The notes beneath the pieces are model-generated. The model saw nothing but the letters and a program-made list of their open reading frames with translations, ran no database searches and was not told where the DNA came from. A stretch of 53,777 nucleotides of DNA from Trichinella spiralis. Taxonomy: Eukaryota. The stretch spans positions 1,366,487-1,420,263 of the forward strand of contig NW_003526943.1 of the NCBI RefSeq assembly GCF_000181795.1, in the 5' to 3' direction. Below are positions 25,591-37,195 of this stretch, piece after piece. The number at the start of each line of letters is the position of its first letter. Positions within the stretch are counted from its first letter, which is position 1. Made by a program: the position numbers and the translations under genes.

Positions 25591-26011
25591 GTAAAATCCA
25601 CGGAAACTTTATCCCAGATTCCATAAAGGATACGAACATGACCCCCATTAAAAATAATCAATATGTTAACCTCAGAGCATTTTAGCTCCCCCAACCATGG
25701 GGATATTCCGGTTTATTCTCAAAAAAAAGAGAAAGTGTACGGTTTACTTAGGTAGACAGTGCCCGGAATATGGATTTATAAAATGAACACAGTTTAAAAA
25801 GTTATAGAACAAATTAAGCTGGAAAATGGAGCTTAAATTTTTTCGAACGTTTTGGATTGATTAAGGTTAATAATTTTTTCATGTCACAGCACTGTTCCAA
25901 TCTTCGTTTGTCTACATATGTAGCCAGGTGCCCTGAGTAGTGTTAAAATGCATTTTGCATAATAGAAAAATAAAATTATATTTGCCATGCTGGGGACAAA
26001 TTTTCACCGCC
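25591..26011 (-). mobile_element. piggyBac family B 5' end (to 25942, TTAA 25943-25946) plus shared flank
   Basis: Colinear with 52762-53198, including sequence beyond the TTAA. Confidence 0.85.
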
Positions 26012-26114
26012 NNNNNNNNNNTACTTTAAACGAGTCGTCTTGTTGTTCTAGAAGACACTGTAAACTGTTGAGAATATTTTCTTTTTTCAAATTATGTAAT
26101 ATACTGAACAGTAG

Positions 26115-27622
26115 TTATTCTTCGCTGCTCTCAGAGGACTCAGGTAGCTAAAATTTGAAATACATGCCTCTTAGCAAATAATAGAATAAGATTCAGCATC
26201 CTGTATATAACTATACTTCAATTTTTAACAGTTCTCATCAGTATAGTACTACTAGATTAGCATTGATTAATAAAAAATTGAAAACTTCTTACTCTCACAC
26301 TTTTAGCAAGACAAGGGTTCATGCAGTCTGAGTAGGATGTGTATGCACTAAATGTGTCCTTTCCAGTTTCAATAGACTGTACAATTTTCTGAGTTTGTGA
26401 GCTGCAAACTTGCTTTTCGCATTGATCTAATTTATCCTGTTGAACTTTCAGAGCATCTCTCTGAAATGAAAGAAGATTATGCAAAACAGTGCAGAATTAA
26501 TGAAGAATACGCTTACATATCGAGGAAGTTGAGAGAGTTTGACGTTCAAAATATCTTGAAAATAAGAATGATTAGTTAATTTTTTAAAATTCACAAATGC
26601 ATCTTTCCAGACAACCATCATTTCATTTCTCTTAATTTTCACGGCTTTTGCATTTTCATTCAGCAACCTTTCCGCAGAATTTTTATCGGAATAATGTATT
26701 GCTTACTGCTTATTTAAATTTTTAAAACATTACATGGAGATCTTTTATAAAATTTTTAGTAAATATTTTGAAATTAATTACATGCATTATTTTCATAAGT
26801 TATAATTGATACAAAATGCTTTCATTTGCACAGAGCTGTGAATTTTCATTAAAAATCTTTATAATTTATCACTTAGCTCATTTTTTTTATTAAGACATTA
26901 ATTTTATCTTTTTAAAATAATGGTGAACTAAATATATTTTTTCAATGTAATTTTTATATTATTTATCTTTTTTTCCAAAAACAACAAGTGTTACTTACGC
27001 TGATCTGCTGCCCTAAAAGTAAAAATAGACTATATTCTACAATACACAGTAAGCATTACAATTATTATTTGTGAAATATGAAATTACAATGTAATTTAAT
27101 TATATCATAATCATTGTTTGGTTGCATTTTTTTAAAGTGAAAACTCGTAGTTGTGAGCTTTTTATTTAAACTAAAACTGAAAACTCTACTTTTCATTTGT
27201 AAAGCAAATTAATGTAATGCATGCTGTGCACAATGAATGACGACTGTATATTTGAAATTTTGAAACTTTAACTTTTTTAAATATAAATTGTTAACGTTGA
27301 AATTCAACCGTATTAAATAAAGTTGGAAGTGACAGCATTTGACTTACATTACTACCAAAGCCTAAAAAAGAAAAAAGAAAAACATTATTTTCATGATAAA
27401 ATTTTCTTCAAATGGAAATTTACATATAATAAATAAAAGTATATATTAATAATGTCCAGGAAATAAGCGGCAAAGTAAAAATAGGAAATCAGTGTGCTAG
27501 ATTAATTTTAAGTTATTGTAACTTGACCAGAAATAATTAAAATAAAAAAATTTTACTTTAGACTTCATATATTTAACAAAACTTACGAACAAAGCTGCGA
27601 AGCAAATGATAACGGCTTTCAT
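26115..27622 (-). CDS. Small secreted Cys-containing protein encoded by micro-exons; last exon uncertain
   Basis: Exons 27622-27587, 27361-27348 (14 nt), 27012-26999 (14 nt), 26554-26517 and 26460-26293, all with GTAAG donors and in phase: MKAVIICFAALFALVVMAADQHILNVKLSQLPRYRDALKVQQDKLDQCEKQVC...SDCMNPCLAKSVR. Confidence 0.7.
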
Positions 27623-29682
27623 GTTTTTATCACTGGTTGATTTTAGTCTGATTTGCTACTTTGCTGCTGCAAATATATAGAAAATTTTTTGTTTGAATTA
27701 TTCAATCACGTACGTTGAACTAATAATAATTTGTTTGTCAGTGTTTTATTAAACAATTTTATCAGACAAAGTGGCATACATATATATATACATTACATTT
27801 TTGCATTAACTGTTAGGTGAACTGTTTACTGTTTTTTAAAATTAATGTTCGGGTAATAGAACAAATGAAAACATTTGCACACTGAACATGCACATTCAAG
27901 TGGATTAAGATACTGATGTTTGGAATACATTGAAAAGCAATTGTTTTACAATAAAGCAGTAGGCGGCTATTAATTTCGCACAGTCTTAGAAACGGAAATA
28001 TTTTTAATATGCATCGTTCAGCTCATAATTCCATTTACACCATTATTGGCAATTTTAATATGATTCGTCATAGTCTAATTCGTCAAATTTTTGGATGCCG
28101 TTATTCTCTTTACTGTTTTTTAATGCTTTTGGGCATTTTATGCCAATCTTTATTTTGTATTGTGATATTTTTTAAAAATTATACTTAATCAGAGATAATA
28201 TTGAATAAAGTTTTACAGTGAAATTAAGTAGTATATCAATTTTTTGAAAAAATGAAATTGAAAAACATCACTTCACTATAATCATCATGTTTTAATTGTA
28301 AATGCCAGAATATATATACACTTATGCAGCACTGAATACTTAAAATGCACTGTAATGCATGATATGTTGATCGATTTTTATAATATATTTTTTAATTTAT
28401 TGGTATCTCACTGTTTGGTTTATTCTATGCTATTGAACTGTACAGTGGTGATATTTTCTTTAAGTATGCTGAACATTTTTGTGAATATGAACGCAGACAA
28501 TCTTGCTTATTGTGAAATAAATCACATGATTTGTAAATTCATCTCAATTTTTTGATTTATTTGACTTATTTTGAGCTTGCTTTTGTAGAATTTTAAAGTA
28601 AACATAAGCATCATATTAAGCAATCACTTATCACAGCTATTCGTATTAACAAGAAATTGCAAAAATATATGTCAAAAAGCTTGAGGCAGAAGGTTTGCAT
28701 TCGAACTGAAAATTTGGGCAAACATATTTTGAATTGAAATCCAAATGCTAGCTCTACCCACAGTCGCTATAAAATACTTGGGCATAAATCAAGATTTCAT
28801 CATAAGAATTATTTAATGAACATATAGTATATAAAACAACAGCAGGCATTTGTAAACGTGTTTGCTTTTATAATATTTGCTTTTATTTAAAATAAATTGC
28901 CTCATGAAAGCATTATTACATGAAAATGATAAAAATATGTTTTTTTATTTAATACTCATGCATGTACTTATTTACTAAATGTGCATGGTCATAGTTCTGA
29001 GCATGTTTTTCAAAACATCTGTCATAAGTGCTGTACTGAAATAACATGTTGAATTATTTTGCATAATTGTTATTTTCCTGTCAGTTATCGTTATATCTTT
29101 ATTTCATCTATTATGAATAAGAAGAGGTGAATCTGTAAATAATTTTCAATATAAATGAAATCTGGAAATATCAGCTCATTTATGATAACAATGAGACAAT
29201 TAAGCATTCAAATAAGTTGGATCTTAATATATATTAATGAAATAAAATAAAATTGCGATAATTTCTTCTACTTTTGCACGACCTACACGTGATATACTTT
29301 TTTAACCAATTTTAGGCACATAGTAAACAAAAACGAAAATGTAGAGTGAAGTTTGGCGTTGTTACTGAACGTAGCATCTCTTTTATCTTAAGTATTCGAG
29401 TGTATTTGTGCTTTACGTAGCAAAATCTTGATCCGTCCGTCTCTGATTGTGACGGGCAAATGAGGCACACGTTACATGATTGAGGGCAATTCAGTGAGAT
29501 TAAATTTACCAATCAAATTTGAATTCAAATAAGTTAAAGTTTTATTTTCTTGTAATGGAGGTAATGAGAAGAGGTACAAAGAGGGAAAATTAAAAACAAT
29601 TGAAAAAAGATGAATGAAAAAAAATACATATTTGCTTTATTAATGAGCGTTGCAAATTTCAAATCACTTATTTTCTTTGAAA

Positions 29683-30658
29683 TTAAGCAGTTTTTACTGA
29701 AGAGGCTGCAGAAGTGGTGGGTAAAATTTTTTTTGCCTTGATCAGCTTTATTTGATTCCAAATGGCAAGAACGCTTAGCCCAAGCGGTTGCAATGGCCAG
29801 AAATAATCTCCAATTTCAGAAAATGGAGTATTAGTGTACATGTAATATACGTCGATGGCAGTTGGCAAGCTTAAGACGGTCAGCGTGTATGCGATCACTT
29901 TGACCGCTTGTCGGCTGATGCGCAAATTTCGTCGCATTTTAATTATATGAATTCCCATGGTTTTGCATTTTTCTTGTTTCAGTTTAAACAATGCAACAAT
30001 GAGTATAAAAACTGATGCAAAACTAACAGTCAATAGCAGCACGCAAAACAATTTGTTAAATGTTCCTGTAACGATGGTTCGAAAGTAACAATCCTCTATG
30101 ATGATTTTATAACCATTGTTTAATAATGTTGACATCCAGCAGGCGATGAGAACAAAAAGTACTGGAAAGACGAAAAAGAAGAAAATTTCCAGCACAGTTA
30201 TTCGCTTTGACCATCCATGATTTTTCTCTGTTGATAAAATGCATAAGCAGTTAAGCGACATCACAAGCATGGTGAAGTAAATCAGTGTCTGCCCTATGGC
30301 ATACATGGTTGGGTTTGGATTTGTTATCATGCATTCAAGTTTTGTTGAAAAATTTTTTCCATTTGTTAAACTTAAGCATTCGTAACATTCAAATGAAAAT
30401 CCAAGTCCAACCATTGCACTGCCAAAACTGTACGCTAAACAAAGTAAATCATAAAAATTTAATTTATATCTAACATTTCAAAATATACTTGCAATAAAAC
30501 TTTTATTATTGAAATAAACTGTGCAAAATAATACCTATTGTCAATTGATCCATTTTTTTCTTTTCCTTCTTCATTGAAGATACTATTACAAATATTGCAT
30601 TCGACAAAAATGCAAGTTGACCAAAAACCACATTCATAATGTCAACTGCTATGGTCAT
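29683..30658 (-). CDS. Seven-transmembrane serpentine/rhodopsin-like receptor (Srsx-like), ~291 aa
   Basis: Exon 30658-30535 (TM1, with the Asn in LSNAIF) splices in phase to 30434-29683. About seven hydrophobic segments, Cys before TM3 and in ECL2 (EDCYF), basic ICL3, and Pro in TM6. Confidence 0.7.
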
Positions 30659-31279
30659 TGTGTATAAATCTAAAAATGCAAGTGAATTATAATTTATGCT
30701 GACGCTACTTATTCTTGAAACTGGATGCTGTAATAATAGGATTCAAACACCTAGTTTAATAATAATTGTTTAATTAATAATAATGAGAATAATTTTTAAG
30801 GATTTTAAAGTAAATTTCGAATCATTTGTTTATCAGTATTTGAAAAATAAATTTTCGCAATTCTTTTCAAGGAATTGTCATTCAAAATGCATGACAATTT
30901 TCCATTCAAAATTTTTAACATTCACTTTTACTTCATTTCTTGCTTATCAAATATTTCATTAAAAATACTCATGCTGTCATGCACAAAACATGTTTTCATA
31001 CATCGTAAACAACTTAAAAGTTTAAAGTCTCAAATATTTTAACAGAATATGTGCGTTGCAAAAATGTTCTACCAATTTGATTTTCATAACCGCTTTGCAT
31101 ATTAATTACTTTTGTACATTATTTCTTCATTGCATTTTATATGTATAAGCTTCACCACCATTTGTTTGATTTTTTAAATTTATAACTTAAATGTTAGAAT
31201 ATCACGAATTAATAAACTATATGACGTGTAAGTGCAGCAAACTTTTAAAAATGATGTTCAGTATTCAATGTTTTATTAC

Positions 31280-32502
31280 CCGTTCTAGGCCAAATTTTTA
31301 TTTACGCCCAAATAATTTTTTAGCTTTCAAATTAAATTATATAATCGAATTAAGCATGACTTTGAAATTAGAATTTGTTATTTTGTCACTGTTCCCAATT
31401 ATAGACATGTTTCCATATAGCAACAACGGCCCTGGAGGACTATGAAATGTGCAATGCTTTGAAGTCAGCATACAATACTACTATTTGTAAAAATATTACA
31501 GACTTGCTATTATGAATGACTAATTTTCGTAATATAACTTAAAACTGATCAGTTGTTGTGTTAAGCAAAGATGGATGTCACATTTAGCTTATTTTTTGAC
31601 GTACTCTGGACGTTTTTTGACAAAGGCAACATCGGCATTCAGCTGATAGGCAGCGTGGTCGAATCAGATGGCTGTGCTTGGCAGTGATCTTCTCAGGCGC
31701 CTTCTGGTAGTTTCCATCTGTGATGACAAATATTTGCGATCATGGCTTCTTTTTTAATACTTCTTATTTACTTTTAAGAGGGAATCTGATATTTCAAGTG
31801 TAAACTGTAGCAAATCTTTATAGCTACCACTTTTCGCATTGTTTGCACTTAGATCTCTCCTGTATGCTAGCCATTTATTCACCGCAGCGACACTGATGGT
31901 CCAAAAAATTCTTTTATACCTGGTTTTACTTCAGTGCTTCTGCACAATGCTCTTAACATGCACGCCAAATCAACTCCGCCTTTTGTATTTGTTGTATTCT
32001 TTTTCAATGGACAGGCATGAAACGTCCGCCATGATCTTATCTTTCTTATTTTACCTTTTCACTTTACACATAAATTGCGTGGAAACGTCTGTGGAAGAAA
32101 GATCCACTACTAAGCTAGCATACAATCAGACCACGCATAAATCTTATTCTGCCATGGTGCAGACATGGCAAGCACCGCGACCGGTATTTTTCAATTGTTT
32201 TTTGTCTGAATGTGACCAAAGACAACATACCCTGAAATGTCGCATCTATAGGTGCATTGATTTTGTTTTCCACGTAGACTATGTCTTCCTGAAGATCTCA
32301 GATTTCTCATCTTTTGACATCAGCTCTGCTGAACTTTCAACGACAAAGACAGAAAGAGCTCTGATCGTCCTCACTGCCTGTTTTTGTATCAGAAATATCA
32401 GCATAAAGCAGTACAATGAACTTCTGGATTACTCTTTACTTCTAGTATGACGAACGCTAAGGTCGCAACATATACCATATGGTAACAATGGCCGTGAAAA
32501 AG
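31280..32502 (-). mobile_element. Decayed piggyBac family D
   Basis: Minus-strand relics LKNTGRG, KEYNKYK-GVDLACML, YKRIFW and RCCLCQK..KCDIHLCL. Degenerate ends TTAC-CCGTTCTAGGCC and GGCCGTGAAAAAG-TTCA. Palindromes at 31409-31424 and 32473-32484. Confidence 0.75.
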
Positions 32503-35261
32503 TTCATTTATATATATGAGCCTTTTGTCCAGAAAGTGCAAAATACTGTTGCAGCATTTTACCACCATTCAAAATAAATTTGGATTTTTTTTAATTTATA
32601 GGCAATGTAACATGACTAGATCTATAATATTTACTTTTAATTTTGTAAAAGCGAAGTCGTTTTTAGTCGTAGCTTCTCATAGAAATGTTCCTTCTAATAG
32701 TCTAATATAGACATCGTAAAGCCAAGCAACTGTACAGATATTAAATGATTAAAATAATAGTTTCCCTTTCTTTAACGATTAGTCAGAGTTTAAGTCTGAG
32801 TCTCAGCGTCAAGGCTATTTCAGTGTCTTATAATTTTATTAATTATTCATTATAAGTGACTGTGCTATGCATTTCATTAATAAATAAAAGTCTGCTTATG
32901 TTAAGATTTATTGTATTTATGTAATTTTATACAGTAGAAAAAATTTAGATGAAAATGGAGAGCATTTTATAAAATGCCTCAAATTATATATATTTTAATG
33001 CAATACACAAAGTTGTTATCTTAGTTGGGAATGGAGCTTCAAAAGCATCTTCATATGTTATTAATGTACAACTAGAAGATGTCTGAAAAGTACTCTAATT
33101 GAAATATTTGCTCCTAATCACTTCCTTGTGGGAACTTTACTTAAAGTGCGTCATCATTGCAATTGTCAATTTTGAATTCAATAAATTATAAGTCATAAAG
33201 AGAGAACTTTTATCTTATAATTGATAGAGATAATTTAGAATGTATTCATTAAAATTTTTCAAATTTTTCTATTAAATAATAAATATCGAAAATAAAAGGA
33301 AGCACTTTATGTCAACATTAAAAATATTTACCCTCAGCATTTTGTAAATTTGCATTTTCATTGCGGATGAACCACAAATATCATGCTGCATGAGTACAGT
33401 GCAGCTAGTGGTGGTAAGTTTACTAAAGTTCTGGTTGCGATTAATGCAGGTAGTCAGCAAATGCAGTAAAAGTGACATTAATTAATGGAAAGTAGAGCAA
33501 AAGCTGCAAATGCATGAAGCCATAGCACGTTTTATGCATTACAGTTTTATTTTATTGAATTTTCTATGCATCGAAAAAGTGCAGAAAATGATAAATGCTA
33601 GCAATTCAATCAAGATTATCTGAAATAATAAAAGTACAAAAAACAATTCAAATCTTTATATGCATAACTTATTAACAATAAACAATACAAAAATCAAAAC
33701 AGCAGATCATTTAGCAATAGTTTGTTTTACACGATTTCAGATTGAAAACTCCTACACAATAAGTATTCTGAACTGAAGTATTGATTAACTGAATATTAAA
33801 ATTTTATTCTCTTATATTATACATAATACAGAGAAGAACTGCATTTCAACATATCATTTAATTTCATTTTTTAAAACATATTTCAATTTAATGAAACTCA
33901 GTATTATTATAGCAAACTGTTACAGATTTTGAAGTTAATACGAACATCAGTACCTACGCATTCAATCGTATAAATTTCATTTAAAAAAATTGACACAGAT
34001 TTTGAATTCTTGAACGCACCAAAGTAATTGAAAAACAACAACGATGTTGCGTTTTTATTTGAAATTAAAGAAATAAAAAGGTGTTACACCATGCTGCTAG
34101 AAGTGTTTGAAGCTAATGCTTGCTAGGAAGCCAAAGAATTACATCATTTTTGCTCTCAATTCAACTGGAAGCAAAAGTAAAATGAATATCATGCAACATA
34201 TTACTGAAAACAATTGCTTTGTTAGTGTATGAATAAAAGTACATTTATTCTCACTTTGCCAGCCAAATTTTACTTTAATTTTTATTATAGTTTAAATTCT
34301 TATTATATTTTATTAATTTTATTTTTAACTCTTTTAGTTTTAAATATAACTTGATGATCTGATTGACATATTTCATTTTTGAATATACATTTACATAAAA
34401 TTTATTGATTTAAATAAAAAAGCATCTATTATTTATGTTTCACTGGCAAAATTTTTTGATGTTTTAGAAAAACGTTTAAATGCACATATTACGATAGTAT
34501 GAAAGCATTTTTACCAACCTGCTAACTCTGCATTAAAAGCTAATTTTCCTCTTGTGAACTCAACGTCTTTAATACTGGAAAAAATTACATTCAAATGCAG
34601 ATTAATAACTTTTCACCGACAGCTTTATACACATTTAAAAATTTTTAATTGCTTAAATAAAGATGAATTGAATAAATAACTTTCAAATCAATTAATCGCT
34701 AATTAGAATTTTCCTTAACACTAATTTAACTTCAGTTGTGGCAAAAATTCTGACGTTATAGTAAAATGGACAATATTAATAACTTTGCAATCACAGTTCA
34801 CAAAAAGAAAATAATTTAGCATAATTTGAGTTGCTTTAACGAACTTGCCAAATGTCAGACTTGTTTTTGCAACAAAGGTGTTGCAACAAAACTTAATCAT
34901 GCTATTTTTTTTTACCAGAACTGTATTGTTAAGCAATTTCTTACATTTGATTGCCAGTGTAATTGTAGTGTGGTCTTTTAATTGAGCAATTCATTCCAAT
35001 TATTTTTGTTTTTTACGACTATTAAATTATTTTTGCCTTTTCAAAATAATGAATAATGTGTTCAAATGTTATTCAAAAACTGAATTTCTGGTTATTATTG
35101 AAAAATTGTTTGTTGATTAATAAATAATAAAATAAGCTTTATTACTGCTTCATTTTTGTTTATATGTTTAAAGTATTAATAAAATATTTCCCCCCTTTAC
35201 AATATGTATTCCTTTCGACAGTTATTGATTTAATTTTTCAAACAACATTATTTCATTAAAA

Positions 35262-36384
35262 CCCTTTAGTGTCCAATGTTCCCACGTGGGAACCTGCTAT
35301 TCACATCTGAGTCTTACAGAACTTTTTCATAAAATACTTCCAGTAGAAAAAATTGAAGGCTTCACGGATAAAAGCCAGAGATATGCCTTACAAAAAGGAG
35401 TGAATTCTGAAGTTCATGTAGAAGTTCTTATGCAGTTCTTTGGCCTGATTTTGTTGAGTGGCTATTATTCGGTTTTAAATGAGAACCACTTTTGGAGTAC
35501 GGCGGATGATGTCTGCGTATCCATTGTGCCACGTGTGATGGCGAGGAATAAGTTCAAGAATGTTAAACGTTACTTTCATCTAGTAGATAATTCAAAATTA
35601 AAAAAAGATGATTTGATGGGAAACATTAAACTTCTTTATGATTACTTGAACCAAAAGTTGCTGCAGTTCGGTGTTTTTCAAGAAAAACTGTCGATTGACG
35701 AAAGCATGGGTGGGGTGGACACAATGGATATGCTTTAGTCGAGTTATAGGCCAAAAATGAGATCAAGAAAATGGTGGTGGAACCTTTTCAATAATGCCCT
35801 GAATATAGCAGTGGTCACTGCTTGGCGATTTCATTGTGAACTGCACGACGCTGACAGATCAGCGATGACACATTTGGCATTTAGAAGGGACATTACAGCT
35901 CATATCCTTCGAGCCAGGCCCCTACAGATCTCAAGGCCTGGACCACGTATCCACTTGCCACACAGTTTGCGAAGCTCACGTGGACATTTTTTGCAGTCAA
36001 GTGCGCAGGGTCGGTGCGCAGTTTGCAAAAAAAACTGTAGAAATCAGTGTCTTCAGTGTGGCAAACGGCTGCATCAGATATGTTTCCCAGTATATCATCA
36101 GTAATTGTGACTTATATCTGAGATATCTTAATACTGTTGTATAACTGTTTTTTCCACTATGTTTACTATGCAGGAGTGATGAATTGTAGAAATAAACACC
36201 GTATACTGTTTTCATGCAGACACCGTAGTGTCCAATGTTCCCACATGAGAACGTGATAAAAAACAACCTTCTAATTATTTTTTCATAACCATTTTTCATT
36301 TATATCTTAACTAACACTCAAGGACTTAATGGCTGCAAATTTAAGTATCCACTCCAACTGGATCACAATTCGGTCACTGAACGG
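35262..36384 (+). mobile_element. Internally deleted piggyBac family E (PGBD3-like)
   Basis: Ends CCCTTTAGTGTCC and GGTCACTGAACGG-TTAA. Same-frame ORFs 35286-35738 and 35757-36104 are separated by one TAG. Motifs FFGLILLSGY, MARNKF..YFHLVDN, LSIDESM, GGVD, KWWWNLF and GRCAVC..CLQC..LH..C. Confidence 0.92.
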
Positions 36385-36423
36385 TTAATTAATGATTCAT
36401 TAATCACATATTTCATTAATCTC

Positions 36424-36446
36424 ATATATATATATATATATATATA
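36424..36446. repeat. (TA)n microsatellite
   Basis: Direct reading of the sequence. Confidence 0.9.
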
Positions 36447-37195
36447 TGAGAGAAGAGGAGCAGTTCAATGACGATTCTGATAGTCTGCGAAGAAGAGTGG
36501 TGAAGTGAACGAAGAAGTCGGCAGTAGTCAATTGCCGCTTGCAAAGTGATTCTGCTTGAGCGTTTTTTGTTGAGTCCGTTGAGTAAAACTGTTTCTCTCT
36601 GATTGTTGTTATTGCTGAAAACAATATATTTGTGCGGACCGATATTTGCTTGGACGCAATAGTTATCACAATTAAACAAAGAACCAGAGGAAGCGTAATT
36701 CGTCAATTGGACGAATAAGGCGCAAAGAACTACAGTCAGTACTGGAACCTGATTGTTAGTTATTAAAAGTGTAGTATTGTTCCCTGCGATGTTACAAATT
36801 CAACTGTTTTGTATAATATTTTTGACTGACAAAGAAGACCCACTTATTGATGCAGGAGTACTTTTTACTGTACGTTCATGATGAATGAAATATAAACATT
36901 TCTTTATATTCTGACGAATTTTAAGAAAACAAAATATTTAGCTTAATTTTCATTTCATGATTACTGTAAAGGTACGTGACGTCAGTTGTAAACATATCGC
37001 AAAAGTAGTTTAGGTTTTGATGAAATTTTTTTCACTCTCATTGGTCTACATGCGTTAATACATTGTACATTTCGTTGTTATCATTTGATAAGACAAGGTT
37101 TTGTTAGCAAGTTTTTATGTTTCTTTTGCTTAATTGAATATTGATGGAATGATGAAAATTTTAGCACCTGCAACTTGCAGCTCAACAAGACTAAG

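Noticed and set aside
26595..26701. Extra 107-nt exon in the micro-exon gene
   Set aside because: Its phase-0 end does not fit the next phase-1 acceptor and the following intron would be only ~40 nt.
31839..32450. 203-aa hydrophobic plus-strand ORF
   Set aside because: Antisense shadow of the decayed piggyBac transposase on the minus strand.
32700..35200. Possible exons (e.g. GTAAGT donor at ~33414)
   Set aside because: No open, phase-consistent exon chain could be built.
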